A stretch of DNA of 64,000 nt from NCBI RefSeq assembly GCF_009914755.1, contig NC_060928.1. One strand, written 5' to 3'. This DNA is from the human T2T-CHM13v2.0 reference genome, Homo sapiens. The first letter of the stretch is position 1; each line of letters starts with the position of its first letter. This document shows positions 28,820 through 41,104 of the stretch, in pieces. The notes under the pieces were generated by a model that saw nothing but the letters and a program-made list of their open reading frames with translations, was not told the DNA's origin and did not search any database. The position numbers were made by a program, and so were the translations under genes.

Positions 28820-30990
28820 TAACTCTCACAGTAGAAGCTAAGTCTGTTCCCTTCTTAATCAATACGGAGGCTACCCACTCCACATTACCTTCTTTTCAAG
28901 GGCCTGTTTCCCTCACCCCAATAACTGTTGTGGGTATTGACAGCCAAGCTTCAAAACCCCTGAAAACTCCCCCACTCTGGTGCCAACTTGGACAACACTC
29001 TTTTATGCACTCTTTTTTAGTTATCCCCACCTGCCCAGTTCCCTTATTAGGCTGAGATATTTTAACCAAATTAGCTGCTTCCCTGACTATTCCTAGGCTA
29101 CAGCCACACCTCATTGCCACCTTTTCCCCAGTTCAAAGCCTCCTTCGCATCCTCCTCTTGTATCCCCCCACCTTAACCCACAAGTATAAGATACCTCTAT
29201 TCCCTCCTTGGCGACTGATCACGCAGTGCTTACAATCTCATGAAAACCTAATCACCCTTACCCCCCTCAATGCCAATATCCCATCCCACAGCACGCTTTA
29301 AAAAGATTAAAGCCTGTTATCACTCACCTGCTACAGCATGGTCTTTTAAAGCCTATAAACTCTCCTTACCATTCCCCCATTTTACCTGTCCTAAAACCAG
29401 ACAAGGCTTACAGGTTAGTTCAGAATCTGTGCCTTATCAACCAAATTGTTTTGCCTATCCACCCCGTAGTGCCAAACCCGTATACTCTCCTATCCTCAAT
29501 ACCTCCCCTCTACAACCCATTATTCTGTTCTGGATCTCAAACATGCTTTCTTTACTATTCGTTTGCACCCTTCATCCCAGCCTCTCTTCGCTTTCACTTA
29601 GACTGACCCTGACACCCATTAGGCTCAGCAAATTACCTGGGCTGTGCTGCCGCAAGCCTTCACAGACAGACCCCATTACTTCAGTCAAGCCCAAATTTCA
29701 TCCTCATCTGTTACCTATCTCAGCATAATTCTCATAAAAACACATGTGCTCTCCCTGCTGATCGTGTCCAATTAATCTCCCAAACCTCAATCCCTTATAA
29801 AACAACTCCTTTCCTTCCTAGGCATGGCTAGTGCAGTCAGAATTCTTACACAAGAGCCAGGACCGCACCCTATAGCCTTTCTGTCCAAATAACTTAACCT
29901 TACTGTTTTAGCCTAGCCCTCATGTCTGCGTGCAGCAGCTGCTGCTGTTTTAATACTTTTAGAGGCCCTAAAAATCACATACTATGCTCAACTCATTCTC
30001 TACATTTCTCATAACTTCCAAAATCTATTTTCTTCCTCATACCTGACACATATACTTTCTGCTCCCCGGCTCCTTCAGCTGTACTCACTCTTTTTTAAGT
30101 CCCACAATTACCATTGTTCCTGGCCCAGACTTCAATCTGGCCCCCTGCATTATTCTTGATACCACACCTGACCCCCTTGACTGTATCTCTCTGATCCACC
30201 TGACATTCACCCCATTTCCCCATATTTCCTTCTTTCCTGTTCCTCACCCTGATCATGCTTGATTTATTGATGGCAGTTCCACCAGGCCTAATTGCCACAC
30301 ACCAGCAAAGGCAGGCTATGCTATAGTACAAGCCACTAGCCCGCCTCTTAGAACCTCTCATTTCCTTTCCATCATGGAAATCTATCCTCAAGGAAATAAC
30401 TTCTCAGTGTTCCATCTGCTATTCTACTACTCCTCAGGGATTATTCAGGCCCCCTCCCTTCCCTACACATCAAGCTCAAGGATTTGCCCCCACCCAGGAC
30501 TGGCAAATTAGCTTTACTCAACATGCCCCAAGTCAGAGAACTAAAATACCTCTTAGTCTAGGTAGACACTTTCACTGGATAAGTAGAGGCCTTTCCTGCA
30601 GGGTCTGAGAAGGCCACCACAGCCATTTCTTCCCTTCTGTCAGACATAATTCCTCAGTTTAGCCTTCCCACCTCTATACAGTCTGATAACAGACCAGCCT
30701 TTATAGTCAAATCAGCCAAGCAGTTTTTCAGGCTCTTAGTATTCAGTGAAACCTTTATATCCCTTACGGTCCTCCGTCTTCAGGAAAAGTAGAATGGACT
30801 AAAGGTCTTTTAAAAACACACCTCACCGAGCTCAGCCACCAACTTAAAAAGGACTGGACAATACTTTTACGACTTTCCCTTCTCAGAAGTCAGACCTGTC
30901 CACAGAATGCTACAAGGTACAGCCCATTTGAGCTCCTGTATAGACGCTCCTTTTTATTAGGCCCCAGTCTCATTCCAGACACCAGACCTA
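28820..30990 (+). pseudogene. pol: HERV-H pro/pol remnant (protease, RT, RNase H, integrase fragments)
   Basis: FLINTEAT at ~28852 (decayed protease LxDTGA), [22 protein letters not shown] at ~29530 (RT), VDTFTG at ~30562 and SSGKVE at ~30777 (integrase); frameshifts and stops throughout. Confidence 0.85.
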
Positions 30991-31583
30991 CTTAGACTGT
31001 GCCCCCAAAAAACTTGTCATCCCTACTATCTTCTGTCTAGTCATACTCCTATTCACCATTCTCAACTACTCATACATGCCCTGCTCTTGTTTACACTGCC
31101 GGTTTACACTGTTTCTCCAAGCCATCACAGCTGATATCTCCTGGTGCTATCCCCAAACTGCCACTCTTAACTCTTGAACTAAATAAATAATCTTCACTGG
31201 CAGGACTATGCTGAATCTCCTTAGGCACTCTCTAATCAGACATCCTGAGTCATCCCAATTCTTAGACCTTTTATACCTGTTTTTCTCCTTCTCTTATTCC
31301 GTTTAGTTTTTCAATTCATAGAAAACTGCATCCAGGCCATCACTAATAATTCTAAATGACAAATGTTCCTTCTAACAACCCCACAATATCACCCCTTACC
31401 ACAAAATCTTCCTTCAGCTTAATCTCTCCCACTCTAGGTTCCCACGCTGCCCCTAATCCCACTTGAAGCAGCCCTTAGAAACATCGCCCATTATCTCTCC
31501 GTACCACCCCCAAAAATTTTCACCATCCCAACACTTTACCACTATTTCATTTTATTTTTCTTATTAATATAAGAAGACAGGAA

Positions 31584-31987
31584 TGTCAGGCCTCTGAGCC
31601 CAAGCTAAGCCATCATATCCCCTGTGACCTGCATGTACACATCCAGATGGCCAGTTCCTGCCTTAACTGCTGACATTCTACCACAAAAGAAGTGAAAATG
31701 GCCTGTTCTTGCCTTAACTGATGACATTGTCTTGTGAAATTCCTTCTCCTGGCTCATCCTGGCTCAAAAGCTCCCCCACTGAGTACCTTGTGACCCTCAC
31801 TCCTGCCTGCCAGAGAACAACCCCCCTTTTTCCTTTACCTACCCAAATCCTACAAAACGGCCCCACCCCTATCTCCCTTCGCTGACTTTCTTTTCAGACT
31901 CAGCCTGCCTGCACCCAGGTAAGATAAACAGCCATGTTACTCACACAAAGCCTGTTTTGTGGTCTCTTCACAGGGACGCACATGAAA
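31584..31987 (+). promoter_or_regulatory. HERV-H 3' LTR7 with mutated TATA and poly(A) signal
   Basis: Preceded by PPT aagaagacaggaa (31571-31583); TACAAAA at 31851, GATAAA at 31923; about 24 substitutions and no indels versus the 5' LTR by manual alignment. Confidence 0.93.
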
Positions 31988-32240
31988 CTGGGAAGGCATG
32001 ATTGGTTTTGAAATGTGAAGATATGAGATTTGGGAAGGGCCAGGGGCAAAATTACATGGTTTGGCCAGGTCCCCACCCAAATCTCATCTTGTAGCTCCCA
32101 TAATTCGCACCTATTGTGGGAGGGACCATATAGAGATGATTGAATCATGGAGGTGGGTCTTTCCCATGCTGTTCTTGTGATAGTGAATGGGTCTCATGAG
32201 ATATGGTGGTTTTAAAAATGGGAGTTTCTCTGCACAAGCT

Positions 32241-32271
<31 letters not shown>

Positions 32272-33233
32272 TTTTGCCTGCTGCCATCCACGTAAGATGT
32301 GACTTGATCCTCCTTGCTTTCCATCATGATTATGAGCCCTCCCCAGCCACATCAAACTGTAAGTTCAATCAAACCTCTTTCTTTTCTAAATTGCCCAGTC
32401 TTGGGTATGTCTTTATCAGCAGTGTGAAAACAGACTAATATAGTACACCTTTTTGCTTGGTTGAGATGACAACTCTCTCTTTAAAATTGTTTCAACTCTT
32501 GCAACTTTCTCCAGTTCCAACTTTGTTTTTTCTCCAGTTCCAACTTTGCTGTTAGGACTGTTAGGACCTGACATTAAAATGTTTGTCTTGAAGGCCTAGA
32601 AAAGCAATGATTTCCTGGAGTATAATTTGATTCTATACATTTGGCTTTTCTTGATTTGTCTAAATTTTTTAATGTAACTAGGCAATTTCATGTGCTTTTA
32701 CATTTTTATGAGCCATATACTCTCCTGCTTACAGTACAGGTTTTCTTGCTTATTTCCTCTATAATATGGTATGCATTCTTAATCTTAACCACACATTCTT
32801 CTTAGGTATGATTGCATTCAAATACCTTTTCATCAGATTTGACTTCCAGGTTATTTAAATGAGCTTCCCCAGAAGAGAAGCAATAGCATTGCAAGAGGTC
32901 TTTTACTTTACCTTTTGGTAACTGTCCTATAAAACAATAATTTTCCACTTTATTGAGATAATTTGTTCTATTTCAAGCTTTCTTTATTAGGTGTTTGATA
33001 ACTTAGAAAAACTAAACTTTGAAAAGATTAGGTTTCATTGTTTTTCTTCATCCATTTAACTTACTGTACTGCCATTGCAGCTTTTAATTGTCATTCTAAT
33101 TAAGTGAATGACTATTATTTTAAACAACATGTGAGTCTCTTTTCTTCAGGTGTTTTCAACCTTTTTACATCTTAGATAGGGTTCTCCAATATTAAAGTTC
33201 TAAATTAAGGTTTTGTTTGTTTTGTTTTGTTTT

Positions 33234-33641
33234 TCTGTTAGCTCATTTGCATTGCTATAAAGGAATACCTGAGGCTTGACAATTTATAAAGAAGGAAGTT
33301 CATTTTGGCTCATGGTTCTGCAGAATGTACAAGAAGGGCAATGCCAGCATCTGCTTCTGGCAAGAGCCACAGCAAGCTTACAATCATGGCAGAAGGCAAA
33401 AGAGGAGCAGATATAGCACATGGTGAGAGAAGGAGCAAGAGAAATGCCAGGCACTTTTAAACATTCAGATCTTGAATAAACTCATAGAGTGAGAACTCAC
33501 TCATACTGCAAAGACAGCACCAAGACATTCATGAGAAATTCACCTCCATGATTCAGACACTTCCCTTTCAGTGCCACCTCCAACCTTGGAGGTCACATTT
33601 CAACATGATATTTGGAGGGAACAAACATCCAAATCATATCA
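33234..33641 (-). mobile_element. MST-family (MSTA/MSTB) MaLR solo LTR
   Basis: cattgctataaaggaatacctgaggc...catggttctgcag...aaacatccaaatcatatca. Confidence 0.85.
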
Positions 33642-35449
33642 TTGACCTAGAATGAACTTTGAGATTTTCCAGTTGAGCCTCTGAAGAGCCTCAAAGAATG
33701 TATATCTCATTTAGTAAAGATATTAACTGATCAATCTTATTTGGTAATTAGTATGGGAAACAATGTTAAATAATAAACTGATGCTAAATCTTCTTTAAGG
33801 TTATATTTGTATACATATCTTATTAATGTGAGCATTCTAAAGATTATACGAAATTTATAAAGGTCTAATGGTCCTGATGTTACACTATAATGATTCTGAT
33901 TATTATCTTAAAATGTTGTATGGAATAGAAATAACTAAATTTCCTTAATTACATTTCCTCTAGTCAGATTTTAAATCATAGCTAATCTAAAATTTTATCA
34001 TCCATGGTAATTGTTTTTATTTTTTCTAAAAACTTTTGCAATAAGCTATTGTCCAAAATTGTTTCCCATGGAAAATACTCAACCAAGTACTCTAAAATAC
34101 AGGTTTCTAGTACCTTTAAGATCAATGGAGTAAATAAAATTTTCCAGAACTCTAATGAAGAAACTGATGAATTCATGAAACTACTAATCAAGATCAAGCA
34201 AGCCAAATAATTAATTACATGAGATTGAATACCTAGTAAAACTAATTTTAATGACTTTTATTTGAAAAATTGTTGGATTCTTTACCTAAATGTTTTGTTT
34301 TCCAGATCTTTTTCTCTTAAGCTATCTATTGTTTACAGTAATTTAATAAAGCATACTTTGTGAACAATATTGAAGTATTTACTTTTTTTCCCATTTGATC
34401 CCTTCAAAATTCAGATACTATTTTGAGAGTGTTCTTATTTTTATGATGATATGATTATTTGCATAAGTTTAATAAGAATTTCTCCTTTCTTTATAAGAGG
34501 ATTTAATTGGAAATATCTCTTGTATTACCAGTACTTGACTGGAAGATCATATTTGAGAATTTACATAGAATGTCTGGCTTCAAGGGTTCCCCGCCTTACG
34601 GTGAATGAGTAAAATCTGTTACTTTCTGGCAAGCCCAGGAACTTCAAGACTGTAAGTGAATGTTAATGCCTGACTTGCTATAGCTTTGTAGCATTGAAAA
34701 GATTTTAGGTCTGAAATTCTTATATAGCCATTTGCTATTCTTGTTGAGCTTACGTAAATAATCAGAGAAAATTTGATGAAACTAAACTTATTTTACAAAC
34801 AAATTTGTCTTACTCTGATTATCTTTGGTAGAAATCAGGGTAACTAAAGAGAGAAAAACTCATGTTTCTAACAAAAAAACTAGAGCATACCTGTTGTTAG
34901 TTTGTAGCCTTGTGCATTGTTTTTAAGTTTTCGTTATCTACCTAAAGACTGGACTGGACCCTAAAGTTTCTACGTTTCTCCAATTCAACCTTCTTTTATG
35001 GAATTACTTAAAACAGGAATTGTTCTGTTCCTGAAGACCTGTAAACTAAAACAAAATAAATTTTAAGGAGCAAGTCTCATGCCTGATAGATGAGCCATGC
35101 AGAAAGTTCCCCAGACTGCCCAGTGCCGTGACCAGAGATGTTCAGACTGCAAAAGAGGAGAAAGTTGGCAGCTTTATGCTGTGGTTGATTTTTCTCAAGA
35201 TAATGGAACAAGACTCCTCATCATAATGAGACTCTTGCTCCTTTTAATTTTTACGTTCTTATGCTTTCCTTTTTTACCTGTCGTGATAATGGTATAATTG
35301 AAATTTCACAATCAGTAGCTTCTGCTGGTAACCTCACAGAACATCACCTAAGAGATCTTTTAGTCTCCCTGGGGGTTATTTTGGTAATATCCCTAATATA
35401 ACTGTTGCTTACTTTCTCCTTTAATTCAACTTAGCCATAAAACACTGGA

Positions 35450-35757
35450 TGATAAAATTTCCCTAGGTTTGTTGGTTAATTAGAAAATGTCTATGCTATA
35501 GCTAATATACATACTATCTACGCTATTGCTAATATACATACTGTAATATACATACATAAATTAGAAAATGTCTATGCTATTGCTAATATAATACTGTCTA
35601 TGCTATTGCTAATATACATACTGAATAATAAAATTTCCCTAGATTTGTTGGTTAAATTAGAAAATGTCTATGCTATTGCTAATATCCATACATACACAGA
35701 AGTATGTATGGAATACATATGAATACATATGTATTCATATGTATTCCATACATACTT
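35450..35757. repeat. Local multi-copy duplication ending in a perfect 58-bp palindrome
   Basis: tctatgctattgctaatatacatac-like unit about 5 times; palindrome at 35700-35757. Confidence 0.92.
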
Positions 35758-36023
35758 ATGGAACAGTCAAAATTGAACTTAGCAGTGGATTCCAGGTAGA
35801 CTTAGTCTTAGAACCACTCTGTACAAACCTTCCTTATTGCTCAAATGTAACTATGAGGATTTTGACACTAATTCCTGGTCACCAATCACCTCCATTCAAC
35901 TTGGGACCAGGACAGACCAATCTGAGACAGGTATATGCTGACACCAGAGAATAATCAAAATCTAACTACAGGATGATTGATCAGTGATACTTTTGAAAAA
36001 ATATCTTAATCAAAAGGGGGAAA

Positions 36024-36481
36024 AGTGAAAGATGTTAGAATAAAAATTGAGTCATTTGTGTAAAAACCCTGACAAAGGGATCCAAGAAAGGTCATGAAGG
36101 AAGGGACACAAACATGCATCTATGCCTAATCACAAAAAAAAAATCACAAAAGACTGAAAAAAACCCACAACTTTGCACATAAGTCACCACAAGCTTACAA
36201 AAAGTTACTTCTATGAGGACATCTGCCAAGCAATCAATTGCCTGTCCAACCTTGAACTGACATCACCCTTGTTATTGATCCTTGTAGCCAAGAATAATTA
36301 TCCCAAAATAAATATGTAATTCTCCTCATTTTGCCTTTAAAAATTTCTCCTGGTCTTAATTGCTTTAAATACGCACACAGTTTATTATACCATGCATATT
36401 TCCATTGCAATGCTACTCCCAAATAGGTATCATTTTCTTTCAGAGTCTCTCCTTCTCTTCCTGTTGTTTAGGTTTTTGACA
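36024..36481 (+). mobile_element. MER65-like ERV1 LTR (3' LTR of the outer element)
   Basis: Follows a PPT; gtgaaagatgttagaataaaaattgagtca...aaaaccctgacaaa...taggtttttgaca resembles the recalled MER65 consensus. Confidence 0.7.
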
Positions 36482-36721
36482 CCATATAATACAACCATGC
36501 AGTGATCCTGATAGAATTTTAGAGCCCATATTACCCATGCACATACACTATTAGCCTCTGTAATTTAGAGAGGGTGGTCCATCAGGCTAGCATTGCAAAA
36601 GAATGGAGAGCTACAGAGAAACATTTCATAGTTTAACTTCTCTTACCTGACTGTTGTGTGGCCACAGAGCTTCAACTAGTCTGTTCAGTTCAGGAGCTCC
36701 CAGACATACTGCCCAAATCAT

Positions 36722-37450
36722 GAAAAGTATAACTAAAACCAAAATCTTCTCCCAATCGAGAAAAGTCTCCAAAAAGATAGAAGCAAAAAATTAATTGAAT
36801 AAAAATTAAATCAGAATGTGATGCACATTACAGGCAATCTGGTAAAAGACTGCAAAGACAGAAAGGGATCTCACACTTTTATATAGCTAAGCAGATACAA
36901 ATGATTACATACATATTCTGAAGATAAACAATAACTAGTCCAAAGTATGAGGACTTGAAAACACCATTTGTCACACATAGTTCATCCTAAATTTATTTGG
37001 TAATTGAGGTGACCATCTGTGTTAACTAATTAGATTTATCCAAAGGAAAAATAAACTTCTCAGATGTTTATAAAAAGAAACAGTTTTGGAGCTTGAAGGG
37101 ATGTGTCCACTGAAGTTAGTCTCCTACCCTAGACAGAAATTAGGACATAGGAATGATATCTTCCTTGATGATTGTAATTCAAAGAGGTGGCCCTTAGGTC
37201 ATAGAAAAAGGCATTCCTGGGTTGTATAATTGATAGGAAGCTTTTGAAAATATTTACACTCAAAAGGGCAGAGAAAGAATGGACAACTACAAAGTAAAAC
37301 CTATAAAAATGGAGGAAAGGACCTCTGTGGGTGGGTCATGTCGATTTTGTAAGGACTTGGGTGAGAGAGAAGTCAGGAGCCTAAAGGCAAGAAAAAGCCT
37401 ATCTAAGGTTTAGTCAAGAGAAATAGAACCCTAAAGCCCTCTTGGTCTCT
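36722..37450 (-). mobile_element. ERV1-type LTR, MER72-like
   Basis: aaaccaaaatcttctcccaatc...cagaatgtgatgcacattacaggcaatc...gactgcaaagacag resembles antisense MER72; assignment from memory. Confidence 0.5.
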
Positions 37451-38633
37451 TGACCAAGGCCCTCTTGGGTACAGGAACCTTTGTAGGTTAGCATCCTTTG
37501 CATGTAAGCTACAATTATTTCTGAGGTTTTGTACCTAAGTCAATTTTATAGAAGCAAAATATTTTTATCCCAATTTTCAAAGCTCTCTCAAAACTGTTAT
37601 AATGTTGTTGTAAATGTAAACCTAATAGCACAATCTTCCCTTACTTTAGTTTTTGGTGACACAATTTCCTGGGCAATCTGCCTTTAAGAAAGGCAAGAGA
37701 GAAATCAGTCAGATTGACTATGTCGTCATCTATACACTAAAGATTTGTACCCAAAGACAGTGTCACAATTTCAAAGCTGGAATGAAGAATCAAAAGTCAA
37801 AAACCATGAAAATCTATCTAGGTGCTGTTTCATAGACTGGGTCTATCTGTTATTAAGATATTTTTCTGGCTTTTTGTCCTAAATGCCTTTTTAAATGTTG
37901 TCACTATGTACCATCAAAATGTATTGTGTTCTATGGTTGAAAACAATTCAGTTAAGATTTGACCTAAGTTTACTTGGGTAATAAAAAGATGTAGAGCTAA
38001 AATAAGATTTTTATTTCTAAAATGTTTAAATAAATTTTTTTAAAATATATTTTTATTTTGTTGACCTAGTCATTTTTAGAACAACTTCAAAGTCCTTCAT
38101 TCCTGATTGAGTTTTCTTTTAAAATGTTTGAAATTCCCCCAAACCCCAAATACCTCTAGATATTTATATATACGGACAGTTGTAAAAGAATTTTATTTAA
38201 ATATTTATACTGCTACTTTGAATATACGACGTAATGTCTCAGAGATTTAGCTCCTCACTTTTAAATGTGAAATTATAATGCCTGCCTTAACTCATTCGCG
38301 CATAAGTTGTGAACATAAGTAAAATAATGAAGGTACAGGAATCTTGAAAATCATAATTCTTTATTTCTTAAGGAATGTAGATTTTTCTCAGGTTTATTCT
38401 CCTTAGCTAGAATCATTATCAAGAAAACATGATATTTTCCTTTTGGTTAATTGTTTTGCAAAATATGCTGACTATTACATTGATGGTTTGATTAAACCTG
38501 TTAAAGTAATACAGCAAAAAAATAATATTAGTAAAATTTAAAATTCATGAGGTGGATCATATGTCTTGAGCTTTCTAAGAAAGTAAATTGCAGTCTCACA
38601 AAATGTTATTGAATAAAGAACTTAACATGTAAA

Positions 38634-39704
38634 TATTGAGGAATCTGCCCCGATATTCACATAGGTTCGTTTCTATTTCCCTAAGCGTTGGCCGGCTTGA
38701 GAAATAAAGGGACAGAGTACAAAACAGAGAAATTTTAAAGCTGGGCATCCGGGGGAGACATCACATGTTGGTAGGTTCCATGATGCCCCCCAAGCCACAA
38801 AAACCAGCAAGTTTTTATTAGAGATTTTCAAAAAGGGAGGGAGTGTGCGAATAGGTGTGGGTGATAGACATCAAGTACTTAACAGGGTAATAGAATATCA
38901 CAAGGCAAGTGGAGGCAGGGTGAGATCACAGGACCACAGGACCAGGGCGAAATTAAAATTGCTAATGAAGTTTCGGGCACCATTGTCATTGATAACATCT
39001 TATCAGGAGACAGGGTTTTGAGATCAACCGGTCTGACCAAAATTTATTAGGCAGGAATTTCCTCTTCCTAATAAGCCTGGGAGCGCTATGGGAGACTGGA
39101 GTCTATTTCATGTCTGCAGCCTCAACCATAAGAGACAGGCGCACCTTGCGGGGGCTGTTTATAAGCCTATACCTCCAGGCGCGTATTCTCTTTTTCAGGG
39201 ATGTTCCATGCTGAGAAAAAGAATTCAGTGATATTTCTCCCATTTGCTTTTGAAAGAAGAGAAATATGGCTCTGTTCTGCCTGGCTCACCAGTGGTCAGA
39301 ATTTAAGGTTATCTGTCTTATTCCCTGAACATTGTTGTTATCTTGTTCTTTTTTCAAGGTGCCCAGATTTCATATTGTTTAAACACACATGCTGTACAAT
39401 TTGTGCAGTTAATGCAATTATTAATAGGTCCTGAGGCGACATACATCCTCCTCAGCTGACAGGATTAAGAGATTAAAGTAAAGACAGGCATAGAAAATCA
39501 CAAGGGTATTGATTGGGGAAGTGATAAGTGTCCATGAAATCTTTACAATTTATGTTTAGAGACTGCAGTAAAGACAGGCATAAGAAATAACAAAAGTATT
39601 AATTTGGGGGAACTAATAAATGTCCATAATATCTTCACAATCCACGTTCTTCTGCCATGGCTTCAGTCAGTCCCTCCGTTTGGGGTCCCTGATTTCCCAC
39701 AACA
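38634..39704 (-). mobile_element. MER11-family solo LTR (HERV-K HML-8)
   Basis: Minus strand begins tgttgtgggaaatcagggaccccaaacggaggga; 1071 bp; perfect 6-bp TSD TGTAAA (38628-38633, 39705-39710). Confidence 0.92.
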
Positions 39705-41104
39705 TGTAAATAATTAGACAATTCCAAGGAACTACAATCTACCATGCTTCACATACCTAGACTAAAGGAGGTTTTACAAAATTATCTATAAATATTTCTG
39801 CTCAATTAAAAAGTGTGAACTCAGAATACCAATCATGCTTCCCCTTGTGTCAGGTCCCTTAGAATTTATAAAATCTTAGAAGATTACTAATAGTGAAATT
39901 GTACTTAATTTTTCCAGGCTTCTATAGGCCAAGAAGCATTTATCATCACTTAGATGTTTGACATTTTAGATGGAATTTCACGTTACATTTTGATATCGAC
40001 TATTTCTCAAGTAAGAGAAGTAAAAATAGTTCAAAAAATTTTAAATAGTATTTTTTCAATCCAAAATACTTTATAAATAGCAATGCAATTTCTCAATGGA
40101 AGTGAAATTATGGAAGACTTCTTTAGTCCATAGATTCAGTATTATTATCTTAAAAATGAGACATTTAGGAATGTACTTCTAACTAAGAACACCTAAAGTG
40201 GGCTAAGGATTGTGGGAGAAAATATTGCCCTCAGCTTTAGCTGTGTTTCAACTAAAATGCTTGAAAACATAGGTTCCCTTAAACATGGAATTAAGTCAAG
40301 TGCTCTGTAAGATCCAGAAATTGGAATTGTCAAAATGTTCTAAGTGCAGAATTATGAAAAAATCATATTTTTTTCCTGACGGAACTGTAAGACTTCCTGT
40401 AGTTTTTAACTTCTGTCAACAGAATTATTTTTAGATTCAAAGTATTTCAAGACATGTTTTGACATTTTTTAAACAATTATAGATACGCAAAATCTGAATG
40501 CCACTGTAGCCAAATAAATTCAAATATTACAAGTAGTTAGAACTACTATTTAACAGGTCATTTATTATCCATGCAGGAATCCCTTATTATTTTCACATAT
40601 GTCATTTCTGGTTACAGTTATAAAAAAGTCACCATACAGTCATTTTTTCTCACATTTTGTGATAATGATGTGTTATTTTGCTTTCCTAAAGCGTTTACAT
40701 TTTGAATGGCCTTCTATAAGGTACCAATTATGTTACCTTTTTTGCACCCTACTTATTTCATTCTGCAGCCTACTCCCACTCCCACTCAATAATTGCCTTG
40801 TCTCACCAGTTTTGGCATTAAAAATTTGGTGGTGAAATTTTTCCTAGCTGCTCATATATCGTGAGAAAATTTTCACCACCCAACTTTATCTTTTATTGAT
40901 TGCTGCCAGCAACAACTACAAAGGACTATTTTAACCTTTCGCTTTCCTTACTTTTATCCCTCTTTTCCATATTTCTCTTTCTTTTAAGTTTTTTTTCCCT
41001 TTTCAAAATAATTCAAAAATACAGCTCTATGTATTCAGCTTGTAAAATCATATTCAAACTAGCCAATCCTGGTTGAGAAAAAAAAATAATAATAATAGCA
41101 AGTA

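Larger units (their letters stand above)
26302..31987 (+). mobile_element. HERV-H provirus, common ~5.7-kb deleted form, with two LTR7
   Basis: Two 404-bp LTRs, TSD CTGGG (26297-26301, 31988-31992), tRNA-His PBS, PPT, degraded gag/pro/pol. Confidence 0.97.
24413..32442 (+). mobile_element. Complete THE1 (THE1B-like) MaLR: LTR 24413-24785, internal 24786-26301 and 31988-32051, LTR 32052-32442
   Basis: Two homologous LTRs, THE1-int start gtaaattggta, perfect 5-bp TSD GTACA at 24408-24412 and 32443-32447; internal part split by HERV-H. Confidence 0.93.

Noticed and set aside
30990-31570. Possible HERV-H env gene
   Set aside because: Less than 0.6 kb remains between integrase and the PPT, with no ORF; env is deleted as in most HERV-H copies
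35450-35695. Repeats with variable spacing that superficially resemble a CRISPR array
   Set aside because: Eukaryotic context, no cas genes, and the spacers are themselves copies of adjacent sequence
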